Shown: positions 1 to 9,538 of the stretch, piece after piece | Layout: every line of letters starts with the position of its first letter | How positions within the stretch are numbered: position 1 is the stretch's first letter | Assembly (NCBI GenBank): GCA_964291295.2 | Contig: OZ219754.1 | Span: 3,200,001-3,264,000 of the forward strand | Reading direction: 5' to 3' | Length of the DNA stretch: 64,000 bases | Origin: an uncultured Candidatus Binatia bacterium | GTDB lineage: Bacteria; Desulfobacterota; Binatia; UBA9968; JAJDTQ01 | Notes under the pieces: generated by a model | What the model saw: the letters and a program-made list of their open reading frames with translations, nothing else | The model's database searches: none | Told to the model about the DNA's origin: nothing | Translations under genes and position numbers: made by a program

Positions 1-2
1 AC

Positions 3-98
3 GGAGGGACACTCAAGTTTCTGATTGACATCGCCTTTCGTGACCGCGCCAACTGCGCATACGATCTGCGCAGGCCCATGAGGCGGGCAAATTCGTAA
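3..98 (+). CDS. 3' end of an unidentified CDS entering from the left edge
   Basis: Open frame GGTLKFLIDIAFRDRANCAYDLRRPMRRANS* to TAA 96-98; too short to identify. Confidence 0.25.
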   Translation, partial: GGTLKFLIDIAFRDRANCAYDLRRPMRRANS

Positions 99-359
99 GT
101 GACCCCCTCGTGCCGAACACTGAATCGCTGCAATCTCGCCACGCACAAGTCATTATCTCGCAAGGTATCGCCCGCGAACCCGGGACTGTTGAAGAGTCAG
201 GTGGAATGGTGAGAAGATGACGGGTGAGGATCGCGTGTCCGTGTCGAGCTTGCAATCAGCAGGGCAACAACTCCGGTGCCTCCGAGGCACATTCCCTTTC
301 CGAACCCCCCGACCCGCTACTCCCCTGCACCTTCCCGCAACTCCCACTCCCGGTCGTGT

Positions 360-1481
360 CTACTCCCGCGGATAAAGCGCGTCGACCATCCGGCGCTTGT
401 GGTAGTCCGGGGTGCCGAGATACTGGTAAAGCGTGTGCGCCAGCACGCTGTGCGCCATCAGCGGATGGAGGTAATCGGTGCCCGGTCCGGCGTGCACCAT
501 GTGCGCGTAGCTGCACGCCTGGTGGTAACCCTCGCTGGCCAGGGCCTTGGACTCGTGGATGCCGGCTTCGGCCGGCATTCCCTGGTCAAGCTTCCACAGG
601 GTCTCGTAGGTGGCCATGCGCGCCGCGTCCAGATGGACCGACAGTTCCACGCAGTGGTCCTGCACCCGCTGGAAACGGCCGATGAGCTGGCCGAAGGCGC
701 GGCGTTCGTTGGTATAGCGGACGGTGAAATCGTAGATTTCCTGGCAGGCTCCGACCTTGTACGCGCACAGGATCGGGATGGCCTTCTCCGCGGCCTTGTC
801 CAGAAGCTCCCAGCCCTGGCCCGCCGCGCCGATCCGATCTGCGGACGGAACCTCGACACCGTCGAAGGCAACCTCGCTCACCGACACCATGTATCCATTG
901 TGCGGCGTCACCGTGACCCCCGGCGCATCCCGGTCCACCCGCACCACCGCGACCCCGCCATCGCTGGTGCGGGACGCGCACAGGAACGCCGTGGCGCCTT
1001 CGGCGTCGTACACGTGGCGCTTGTTGCCCTGGAGGGTCAGCGTACCGCCGGACTGCGTGCAGGTAGTGGTGACGGTTTCCGGCCCCCAGTGGGCACCGTG
1101 GTCGCCGATGGCCGGAACCACGATGGCGCTGCCGTCGCAAATGCCGGGCAGCAGCGCTTCCTTCTGTGCGTCGGAGCCGCCGTCGTGGATGATCTGGGCG
1201 GCCAGCACGCCGGATGCGAATACCGGCCCGGGCACGGGTGCGCGCCCCAACTCCTCGAACACCACGCCGCAATCCAGATGGGACAACCCCGCACCGCCGT
1301 ACTGCTCGGGCATGAGCATGCCGAGCCAGCCCAGCCCGGCGACCTTGGCGTAGAGATCCGGCAGGAATGTCTCCTTCTTGAGAAACTGCCGGGTCAGCCG
1401 GGTGACGGGTGCCTCCGCCTGAACAAAGTCCGCCGCCACCTTTCTGAACATCTCCTGCTCTTCACCGAGTCGCAAATCCAT
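360..1481 (-). CDS. Acyl-CoA dehydrogenase family protein
   Basis: MDLRLGEEQEMFR N-terminus, ERRAFGQLIGRFQRVQ and HAGPG motifs; GGAG 5 nt before ATG 1481. Confidence 0.9.
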   Translation of the reverse strand: MDLRLGEEQEMFRKVAADFVQAEAPVTRLTRQFLKKETFLPDLYAKVAGLGWLGMLMPEQYGGAGLSHLDCGVVFEELGRAPVPGPVFASGVLAAQIIHDGGSDAQKEALLPGICDGSAIVVPAIGDHGAHWGPETVTTTCTQSGGTLTLQGNKRHVYDAEGATAFLCASRTSDGGVAVVRVDRDAPGVTVTPHNGYMVSVSEVAFDGVEVPSADRIGAAGQGWELLDKAAEKAIPILCAYKVGACQEIYDFTVRYTNERRAFGQLIGRFQRVQDHCVELSVHLDAARMATYETLWKLDQGMPAEAGIHESKALASEGYHQACSYAHMVHAGPGTDYLHPLMAHSVLAHTLYQYLGTPDYHKRRMVDALYPRE

Positions 1482-1613
1482 GATCACTCCGAGTCTGCCG
1501 AACCGATTCGTTCCCGTGTTCGGATGTCCAGACGGTTGGCGACAGAACCTGATCCATCACCCCATGGCTCCATCTCCGGCCCCATACAGTATCGGCCTCG
1601 TGCCGTATCGGCC

Positions 1614-2828
1614 CTACACCGTATCCGGCGCCTTCTCCCCGGTCTCGCGGCCGATGCCGGCGCGGCGGGCGAAGATCAGCCGGTCCGTATCCAGGGTGCC
1701 GCCGCCGTGGAGCTGGCCGGGACCGCTCCGCACCACGTACTCGAAGTCCACCACCTCGTGCACGCCGTGGTCCGGGATCAGCGCGTCCGCGCCCATGATC
1801 TTCTGCAGCCGCTCGCCGTTCCGCAGCCTTGCCATGCGCTGGTAGTAGCGGAACTGGGCGCCGCCGTAGGCATGGGGCTGCTTGACGAAACGATGCCAGA
1901 AGATGCGCCGGGCCATGCGGTTCACCGTATTGATCTCCAGGATCATGTCGGCGATGGTGTCGCGCACGCGGAGGTCTTCGATCAGCGGCGTGCCGCCCAC
2001 GTCGTGGTTCCGGCAGTACTCCACCACGCGCTCCACCACCGGGTCGGTGCCCACCCGGCCGTCGCCGCCGTGCTCAAGCTCCAGGTGGGTGTGGGCCACC
2101 TTCCAGCCGTTGTTCTCGCCGCCGATGAGATACTTGGCGGGCACCCGCACGCCGTCGAAGAACACCGCGTTCTTGATGCCCATCATCAGGTGCATGTGCT
2201 GTATGGTGATGCCCGGAAGGTTGGCGGGGATGTGCAGCCAGCTCAGGTTTTCGTGCCGCTTGCCGTCGGGGTCGGTGCACACCAGCGTCCACAGCACGTC
2301 CGGCGGCAGGTGGTGCCCCACCATGACCTTCTGGCCGGTGACGATATAGTCGTCGCCGTCGCGGATGGCCCGGGTCTGGCAGTTGGCCACGTCGCTGCCG
2401 CTCTGGGGCTCGGTCAGCACCTGCCACACCACCACCTCCCCCCGGGTGATGGGCGGCAGCAACTCGTGCTTCTGTTCCTCGGTGCCCCAGTGAAGCGCCA
2501 CCGGCCCCACGATGCGCGCCAGCGTGTAGAACACGTGCGTCAGGTTGAGACCGTAGCGGGCCAACTCCGTCTCCAGCACGAACTGATGGTCGAGGGTAAG
2601 GCCCGCGCCGCCGTACTCCACCGGAAACATCGGGAACAGCCAACCCTTCCGCCCCAGCTTCCGCCCCAGCCCGCGGCGAAAACCGTACTCCTCTTCATTC
2701 TCCCGGGTGGACCATGACGCCGACCAGCGCAGATGCTCCGAGCCTTTCATGTTCTCTTCCAGCCAGGCCCGGACTTCCTTGCGGAACTCGATCATCTCCG
2801 CGGAGTCTTCCTGCAGGTTGAAATCCAT
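1614..2828 (-). CDS. Acyl-CoA dehydrogenase family protein
   Basis: EFRKEVRAWL, PVEYGGAG, QVLTEPQSGSDVA, GQKV, GGENNGW, HGGGT motifs. Confidence 0.92.
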   Translation of the reverse strand: MDFNLQEDSAEMIEFRKEVRAWLEENMKGSEHLRWSASWSTRENEEEYGFRRGLGRKLGRKGWLFPMFPVEYGGAGLTLDHQFVLETELARYGLNLTHVFYTLARIVGPVALHWGTEEQKHELLPPITRGEVVVWQVLTEPQSGSDVANCQTRAIRDGDDYIVTGQKVMVGHHLPPDVLWTLVCTDPDGKRHENLSWLHIPANLPGITIQHMHLMMGIKNAVFFDGVRVPAKYLIGGENNGWKVAHTHLELEHGGDGRVGTDPVVERVVEYCRNHDVGGTPLIEDLRVRDTIADMILEINTVNRMARRIFWHRFVKQPHAYGGAQFRYYQRMARLRNGERLQKIMGADALIPDHGVHEVVDFEYVVRSGPGQLHGGGTLDTDRLIFARRAGIGRETGEKAPDTV

Positions 2829-2946
2829 GACCCCTCCTTTGTCGCCCTTCCTGTGTCGCCGGTGCCGTATCGCCAGTCCGCCATTTCCCCAAGTCCGCTG
2901 TCATTCCCGCGAACGGGGTACCGAAGACGGCCGGCGGCGCCCCGTC

Positions 2947-4038
2947 TCAGGCCGTGCGTATCGGTTTCGTCACCGCCAGCGTGTTCCGTCCCGTCCACAT
3001 GGGCAGCAGTACGCAGTGCCGGTGTCTGCCGCCGGTGACCATCACCATGATGTCGTCGGGCCGGGTGGCCAGGTGCACGGTCCCGTCGGGAGTGACGTTG
3101 GGAGACTCCCGCAGGAGTTCCTCGTCGCTCTTGTTCCGCTTGCGCCGGTCCGGGATGCTGGCGAAGGTGATGGTGGAATGCTCCCAGAGATACTCACGGA
3201 CGTCCGCCCGGGAGATGCCGTCCCGCGCCATGATCTCGGCGTCCTCGGTGCACAGGGCCACCAGCGGGGTTCCGCCGCCAAAGCTGCCGACATCCAGGTG
3301 GCTGCCGCCGCGATGCATGGCGATGACCTCGGCCAGCGACGACAGCGCCTCCCGCCCCGTGCTCCCGGCGGTGTGCATGGGGATGAAGCCGTTGATGCCG
3401 CACACGGTCACCGTGCTCTGCCCGGGCTTGTAGCCCCGGCTGACGTGGTAGGGCTCCCAGGGGCTTTTCTCCTCGTTCTCGCCGAAGCAGAAGCTGTACT
3501 TGCCGGGCCAGCCGAAGGTGGCGCGGTCGGTGTCCCCCGGGTAGCCGCCGCCGATGGTGATGAGGATCAATCGGATGGCGCGGCCGATGGTGGCGTTGGC
3601 GCGGTGACCGGGGCCGAACGCACCGGCGTCGCAGTTGATGCCGAGAACGTTGCGGATCGGGCCGTTGACCAGCAGCGCCGGACCCGCGTACCCGGTGGTG
3701 GCCTGGACCCCGTAGAGATTGAAGCGGGGCTCCATGATACCCTCCACCGCGGCCAGGACCACCGGCAGGTACTCCGGCAGGCAGCCCGCCATCACGCAGT
3801 TCACGGCGACCTTCTCCACGGTGGCGGGCGCCCACTTGGGCGGCACCTGCCCGAGGAGATCCCGGGAGTCGCGGGGCGTACCCGCGAGCATGCGTTCCAC
3901 GCGCTCGCGGGTGGGCGGCACGATGGGCAGGCCGTCGCTGAGCCGGTGCTCCAGGAACCAGTTGTTGGCCGCCTCGAGCGAGTCCTCCACCTCGATGACT
4001 TCGGAAACCAGCGTCACCTGTGATGCATCGGTGGTCAT
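2947..4038 (-). CDS. Conserved partner protein of UGSC selenoproteins (DGLPIVPPT family)
   Basis: SDGLPIVPPTRERVERML, TVEKVAVNCVMAGC, RANATIGRA, PGKYSFCFGENEEKSPW; follows the UGSC gene. Confidence 0.8.
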   Translation of the reverse strand: MTTDASQVTLVSEVIEVEDSLEAANNWFLEHRLSDGLPIVPPTRERVERMLAGTPRDSRDLLGQVPPKWAPATVEKVAVNCVMAGCLPEYLPVVLAAVEGIMEPRFNLYGVQATTGYAGPALLVNGPIRNVLGINCDAGAFGPGHRANATIGRAIRLILITIGGGYPGDTDRATFGWPGKYSFCFGENEEKSPWEPYHVSRGYKPGQSTVTVCGINGFIPMHTAGSTGREALSSLAEVIAMHRGGSHLDVGSFGGGTPLVALCTEDAEIMARDGISRADVREYLWEHSTITFASIPDRRKRNKSDEELLRESPNVTPDGTVHLATRPDDIMVMVTGGRHRHCVLLPMWTGRNTLAVTKPIRTA

Positions 4039-4087
4039 GCGTGAGGGGTCCGTGGAACCAACGGGCGCGGCAGTCCCGGGCGGAGCG

Positions 4088-4672
4088 CTATTCCGCGGCC
4101 CGCGCCTCCGCCTCCGCGGCACCGGCCGCCGCCCGCTCGCCGGCCGCAGTCAGGGTGTCGCGCACCGGACCGATGGCGACCCGGGCATCCTCGGCGTGCT
4201 CGCCGGCCCGCGCGCCACCGCTCGGATGATGCGGCACCGGCACCAGCGGCAGCTTCGGCATGCCGAAGAACGTCGCCTCCTTCCGGCCCAGCTCCATGAA
4301 GAGGGTCTGGCACAGGGTCACCGTAGGCGTACCGCGCTTCTGTATCTCGATGGCGTCGTGGACACTCCACGACGTGCACGACCCTCAGGCCCCGAGGCCG
4401 GTGATGACCGCGTCACACCGGCGCTGCATCTCGTCGATCAGCTCCTCCGGCGCCCCCTGCATGTGGCTCGGCTTCTTCCGCAACAGCACTTCGGCCGCAT
4501 CCGTCCGTTCCTTGATGAGCCGCGCCAGCTCCTGGAACATCGGGCTCGAGTTGGCCTGGCCGTTGTCGATGATCCCCACCACCTTCCCGGCCAGCACATC
4601 CAGCCCCGGCACCGGCGGATGGTTCTCCAGCAGAACGTCCGCCCTCGGATCGAGCATCAAGAGCTTTCCCAT
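4088..4672 (-). CDS. UGSC-family selenoprotein (194 aa, Sec at in-frame TGA 4385-4387)
   Basis: DAVITGLGA-TGA-GSCTSWSVHDAIEIQKRGTPTV reads through in frame, joining track ORFs 4385..4822 and 4088..4321; UxxC motif; hairpin 10 nt after UGA. Confidence 0.88.
4354..4374 (-). promoter_or_regulatory. Putative bacterial SECIS hairpin
   Basis: Perfect 9-bp stem CGUCGUGGA/UCCACGACG with GUG loop, starting 10 nt 3' of the UGA. Confidence 0.7.
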
Positions 4673-4858
4673 CGGATCCTCCGTTACCTCGTCCCGTGAC
4701 ACCCCTGTCCCGTGGCGGCGCGACCTTACCGAAGGCGGTCTCTCGTTGTCAACGGCGGCCGGGCGCCGGAACCCGTGCGCACCCGTTGCCCGCCGGACCT
4801 GTCCCGCCCGTTGACCGGCCACCGCGCCCGCGCCGCGCGTTCTCCTGCACCGCCCCTT

Positions 4859-6028
4859 TCACCGCCACAGCCGCTCGCTCGCCAGGCGCGCTCCTTCCGC
4901 CATGGCCTGGAGCTTGGCCCAGACGATGGTGGGGTGGATTTCAGGGACCTCCAGGGCCTGGGTGCCGAAGCCGCAGTCGCTGCCGGCGATGACGTTCTCG
5001 CGCCCCACCAGGCCGGCAAAGCGTTCGAGCCGCTGGGCCACGAGTTCCGGGTGCTCCACCAGCACCGACGACTGGGTGATGACGCCGGGAATGAGGAGCT
5101 TGCCCTCGGGCAGTCTGACGTCCTCCCAGATGCGCCACTCGTGCTCGTGGCGCGGGTTGGAGGCCTCGAAGGAGAAAGCGCCGGCGCGAATCTTGAGCAC
5201 GATGTCGATGTAGTCCTTCATCTGCATGTCGTGGACACGCGGCCCCATGTTGATGCCGTAGCAGGTGTGGTAGCGCACGCGGTCCTCCGGGATGTCCCGC
5301 AGGGCGTGGTTGATGGCTTCGATCTGGCCTTCGGCCCAGGCCCGGCACTGCGCCACGCTCAGATCCGGGTTCTTGACGTAGTAGTCGATGAGCAGGGGGT
5401 CGTCGATCTGAAGCAGAAATCCGGCATCGACGATGGCCTGGTATTCGACCCGCAGCGCGTCCGCGATGGCGAACAGGAACTCCTCGCCGCTCCGGTAATA
5501 GTCGTTCTCCTGGTTGCCCGCCACGTCGCAGGGGGAGATGGCGGGCACGAAGGCTTCGACCGCTCCGGCCGCGGCGGTCGCGGCCTTGAGGTTTTCCAGG
5601 TCCCTGGCCAGCCGTTCCCGAGCCTTGTAGGCGATGGGGCCGGTGCAGACCATCTGCATGTTGCTCGGATTGGGCTCGCCGGCCGGGGCCGCGCCGGGGG
5701 CGCCGTAGAACTCCGGGAAGGCCCGGGATTCCCGGGAGTCGGCCCAGGGCGGGACCCGCACCCGGCCGGTGGGCGTGAGACCGTCGAGGCGCTGGTGCGC
5801 GTAGACCGCGAAGCCGCGCTTGCTGAATTCGCCGTCGTCCACGATGTCGACCCCCAGCTCCCGCTGCCGGCGCACGATGTCGTGGACCGCGCGCCGGAGC
5901 CTGGCCTCGTAGTCCCCAGGCTCCACCGCCCGGCCCTGGTTCTCCGCAAGCATCACGTCGATGAGCTCCCGCGGGCGCGGCAGGCTGCCGGTATGGGTGA
6001 CAAGAATGTGTTCGGTGCTGTGCAACAT
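4859..6028 (-). CDS. Cobalamin-independent methionine synthase II family (MetE C-terminal-like) protein
   Basis: THTGSLPRP, DGEFSK, LQIDDP, Zn ligands HTCYG / SFEASN / SDCGF. Confidence 0.9.
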   Translation of the reverse strand: MLHSTEHILVTHTGSLPRPRELIDVMLAENQGRAVEPGDYEARLRRAVHDIVRRQRELGVDIVDDGEFSKRGFAVYAHQRLDGLTPTGRVRVPPWADSRESRAFPEFYGAPGAAPAGEPNPSNMQMVCTGPIAYKARERLARDLENLKAATAAAGAVEAFVPAISPCDVAGNQENDYYRSGEEFLFAIADALRVEYQAIVDAGFLLQIDDPLLIDYYVKNPDLSVAQCRAWAEGQIEAINHALRDIPEDRVRYHTCYGINMGPRVHDMQMKDYIDIVLKIRAGAFSFEASNPRHEHEWRIWEDVRLPEGKLLIPGVITQSSVLVEHPELVAQRLERFAGLVGRENVIAGSDCGFGTQALEVPEIHPTIVWAKLQAMAEGARLASERLWR

Positions 6029-6110
6029 GATGATTTTCCGTGAGCAGCCGGGCACGGGCGCGGGCTTCGACAGCCGCATTCGCCGCATCCACGGTCCGGC
6101 GCGTCGGTCT

Positions 6111-6527
6111 TCAATCCGCGTTCGCGGGTTGGAACTTGTACAGGGTGCGATCCCCGGTGATGTCCTCGAACACCACCTCCACGGGCATGTCGCAGCGCAG
6201 TTCCCCGGGCTCGCAACCCACCACGTTGGTGACCAGGCGCGGACCCTCGTCCAGCTCCACCACCACCAGGGCATAGGGCAAATCGTCCGCGAACCCCTTG
6301 TGATAAGCCCTGTGATAGACCCCGAAGGAGTAGATTTTCCCCCGGCCGCTCACCCGGGTCCAGGTCCAGTCCGTGCTCCAGCACCCGGGACAGGTGACGG
6401 TGGGAGGGAACCAGTGGTTCGAGCAGGCGTCGCAGCGGGGCACCCGCAACTCGTGGCGCCGGCAGCCTTCCCAGAAGGGCTCCGACTCCACCGACGGCGG
6501 CGGCAGCGGCTTGAGGTACGCGCTCAT
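6111..6527 (-). CDS. Zn-ribbon OB-fold (DUF35) protein
   Basis: PFWEG, CDAC...CPGC, PYALVVVELDEGPRLVTN; overlaps thiolase stop. Confidence 0.93.
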   Translation of the reverse strand: MSAYLKPLPPPSVESEPFWEGCRRHELRVPRCDACSNHWFPPTVTCPGCWSTDWTWTRVSGRGKIYSFGVYHRAYHKGFADDLPYALVVVELDEGPRLVTNVVGCEPGELRCDMPVEVVFEDITGDRTLYKFQPANAD

Positions 6528-7696
6528 CCCGCCTCCCTTCCCAGGATCAGCGCCGACTGGCAGACCGTGTTGCCGCCGTGGCCGCTGACCAGGGCGATGT
6601 CGCAGTCCTTCACCTGCCGGTGGGGGGCGTGTGCGCGGCGCACCTGGCGGACGCCTTCCAGCACCTGGAGCATGCCCTCGATGTGCCCCTCGGACAGTTG
6701 CCCGCCGGAGGTGTTGGTGGGCAGCGCACCGCCGGCCTCCAGCGCTCCCGACGCGGCGAATGGCCCGCCCTCGCCCTTGGCGCAGAAGCCGTAGTCCTCA
6801 AGTTGCAGCAGCACCATGTGGGTGAAGCAGTCGTAGAGCTGAGCCGTGTCCACGTCCTCGGGGCCGATGCCGGCCATGCGGTAGGCCGCCTCCCCGGCCT
6901 CCCGAGCTCCCGTCGTGATCATGTTGTCGCCCGCATACCATCCGCTCAGGCGGTTGCCGAAGCCAAAGCCCAGCACGTACGCCGGCGGCTGCCGGAGATT
7001 CCGGGCACGGTCCGCGCCAGTCACCACCACCGCGCCGGCGCCGTCGATGAAAACGCTGCAATCGTACAGGCACAGCGGATCCACGATGAGCCGGGCGCCA
7101 AGGTACGCCTCCAGCGTCAGCGGCTTTTGCATGAACGCGTGAGGGTTCCTGCGGGCGTGGTTGCGGAACGCCACCGCGATGGCGCCCAACTGCGCCTTGG
7201 TGGTGCCGAAGCGCTCCATGTGGCGCCGCGCCGCGACGGCGTAGTTCACCGGGGCACCGAACTGGCCGAACTCCGAACCGAACTCCGAGTAAGTGCGCGG
7301 GCGCGACGCCACCGCCTGCCTGGCCTCGGCGTCGCGGTGGGTGCGGGACCAGGTATCGCGGCCGTAGCCTGCCACTACGGTGTTGCAGACGCCGGCCTCG
7401 ATGGCCATGCACGCCATCGCCACCGCCATGGTCTGGCTCGCACCGCCGTTGGCGGTGGAAGTGCTGTAGGTGACGTCGAGACCCAGCGCCTCGCCCACCC
7501 GCTGGTGGTGGCAGTAGACGTCATCCGGCCCGCGGGTGATGAGGCCGTCCACGTCCTCCTTTTTCAGGCCGGCGTCCTCGATGGCATTCTTCGCCGCCAC
7601 CGCGAAGAGCCCGATGGGGCCCATCTCCGGCACCTTCCCCAAGGGACTCTGTCCCACGCCGACGATGGCATACTTGCCGCTCAGGTTCGTGCTCAT
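6524..7696 (-). CDS. SCP2-type thiolase family protein (probably aldolase-like)
   Basis: AIVGVG, AQLYDCFT, NTSGGQLSEGH; canonical Cys position reads NGGAS. Confidence 0.9.
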   Translation of the reverse strand: MSTNLSGKYAIVGVGQSPLGKVPEMGPIGLFAVAAKNAIEDAGLKKEDVDGLITRGPDDVYCHHQRVGEALGLDVTYSTSTANGGASQTMAVAMACMAIEAGVCNTVVAGYGRDTWSRTHRDAEARQAVASRPRTYSEFGSEFGQFGAPVNYAVAARRHMERFGTTKAQLGAIAVAFRNHARRNPHAFMQKPLTLEAYLGARLIVDPLCLYDCSVFIDGAGAVVVTGADRARNLRQPPAYVLGFGFGNRLSGWYAGDNMITTGAREAGEAAYRMAGIGPEDVDTAQLYDCFTHMVLLQLEDYGFCAKGEGGPFAASGALEAGGALPTNTSGGQLSEGHIEGMLQVLEGVRQVRRAHAPHRQVKDCDIALVSGHGGNTVCQSALILGREAG

Positions 7697-7776
7697 GTTT
7701 TCTCCCGTGTGTTCCTCTCGTGTGCCCGCTCTCGCCGCCCGGATGGGGCCGCGCTCGCCGGAACGCGGAGGCCGCC

Positions 7777-8577
7777 CTACCGGGCCTTCCAGACGGGCGG
7801 GCGCTTCTCCGCGAAGGCGCGGGAGCCTTCCTTCTGGTCCTCGGTGGTGGAGAGCGCCAGCCCCAGGTCGCTCTCAAGCTTCAGACCCTGCTCCAGGGGG
7901 AGCTGGATTCCCTTGGTAAGGGCCTCCTTGATGGCGATCACCGACAACGGCGCGCCCAGACATATCCTGGCGGCCATCTCCCGGGCCACGTCCATGTAGC
8001 GATCCACCGGGGCCACCTTGTTCACGAGGCCGATGCGAAGCGCCTCCCGGGCGTCCACGGCCTCGCCGGTGAGACACAGCTCCAGCGCCCGGGCCACGCC
8101 GATGAGCCGCGGCAGGCGCTGGGTGCCACCGCCACCCCCCAGCCGCCCGCGCCGGACCTCGAACATGCCGAGCCTGGCGTCCTCCGCGGCCACGCGAAGG
8201 TCACAGGCCAGCGCCAGTTCCAGGCCGCCGCCCACCGCGTAGCCCCGGATCGCCGCGATGGTGGGCTTTTCCATGGTGGCCACCGCCAGATTCTGGCCAC
8301 GGGTGCCGGAGCGGTTGCGCGTCCGGCGCTTCTCGAAGAAGGAGGCATCGTCCATCTCCCGCGCCCGCTCCTTGAGATCGATCCCGGTGGAGAAGGCCCG
8401 CTCCCCCGCGCCGGTGATGATGCACACCCACACGTCCGGATCGGCGGACACCCGACCGCAGGCATCGTGCAGCTCGTCCCGTGCCTTGTAGCTGATGGCG
8501 TTCATCACCTCCGGGCGGTTGAGGGTGAGGGTGGCCACATGGTCCGTCACTTCGTAGAGGATGTGCTCATATGTCAT
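7777..8577 (-). CDS. Enoyl-CoA hydratase/isomerase
   Basis: [54 protein letters not shown]. Confidence 0.95.
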   Translation of the reverse strand: MTYEHILYEVTDHVATLTLNRPEVMNAISYKARDELHDACGRVSADPDVWVCIITGAGERAFSTGIDLKERAREMDDASFFEKRRTRNRSGTRGQNLAVATMEKPTIAAIRGYAVGGGLELALACDLRVAAEDARLGMFEVRRGRLGGGGGTQRLPRLIGVARALELCLTGEAVDAREALRIGLVNKVAPVDRYMDVAREMAARICLGAPLSVIAIKEALTKGIQLPLEQGLKLESDLGLALSTTEDQKEGSRAFAEKRPPVWKAR

Positions 8578-9074
8578 CGAAGCTCCTGAATCGTAATAGG
8601 CGCGGCCGCCGCCCAGCCCGCCTGTTCCCGTCCGGGAAGCCTTGGGCGACCACCGTGCCCGAAGGGACTCCGGCGGACACCGACTCCCCCGGCATCCCCT
8701 TCGGGGATGCGCCGGCAACGGCCACCGGCCTTGGCCGCGGCAACGCCTGAAGGTTCGCTCTCCGACTCATTGTCCTTTGAGAATCGGTGATTTAGCGGTG
8801 ACCCGGTTCGAGCCGCGCGGAACGGGGTATTTCCGGAGACCCGAGGGTTGTTGGCCCGCAAATCCGCAACTGACCGGTTTTCATGGAGAATTCCGTGCGC
8901 ATAAATTGTGCAATCCGCTGAATCCCGGTTGAATAGTGTCTTTTTCCACGCGCTCCGGCGATATACACAGGGTTTTCCACAGCCCCTGTTACCACGTTGA
9001 CACACCCTCGTAACATTGACACCCGCGCGAACGCTCTCCTGTCCGTCCCTGCCCGACGGCGGGCACGTCCGGGG

Positions 9075-9527
9075 CGCCCGTTTCATGGCCGTCGTGGGCA
9101 CGAACGTGGTCGTACTGCCGCGCGAACCAGCGCATGTACGCGCTACCGGTCGTGGATTCGTACCGGGACGGGTGTCCGATCCTTGGCACATGGGCAGAGA
9201 CGCCCTCGGAGAGTCGTGTGCCGCGTCGAAGAAGAACGGCAGGGCACAGTGGTGACGGCTGCGGTTCATCACCCGATGCGGGATGAACAGGAACCGGTGG
9301 CTGGTCCACCGGCTGCCCGAACCGACCGGAAAGGTGCCGGATGCCACCCGCGCATCGCTCCACTTTCCTGGTCGCAGGCGGGTGGCCGGGGCGGGCCGCC
9401 CCGACCGCGTGAGGAAGCTTGAAACCGCATGCGGCGCGCGGGCGCCGCCCTGCTCCGCTGGAGGGCAGCGTGACATCCGCAGGACGGTCTCGACCGCGGC
9501 GTCGAACTCGGGCTCAAGGGACGTCAT
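9075..9527 (-). pseudogene. Degraded isopenicillin-N-synthase-family 2OG-Fe(II) oxygenase (C-terminal half)
   Basis: VLRMSRCPP, APHAVSSFLT (HxD lost), GKW, RWTSHRFLFIPHRVMN, LPFFFD, then a frameshift to PSRYESTT..YMRWF. Confidence 0.65.
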
Positions 9528-9538
9528 CGACAAGGTGG

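Noticed and set aside
276-2717. 813-aa plus-strand ORF, and similar long ORFs such as 33689..36022, 10138..11763 and 59118..60734
   Set aside because: Antisense shadows of motif-bearing genes in high-GC DNA; no recognisable domains.
8578-8900. Cobalamin riboswitch for the operon containing the MetE-like gene
   Set aside because: No B12-box motifs; only an isolated UUCG hairpin near 8692-8710.
8940-8985. oriC
   Set aside because: Only one perfect DnaA box, no clear unwinding element and no dnaA/dnaN context.
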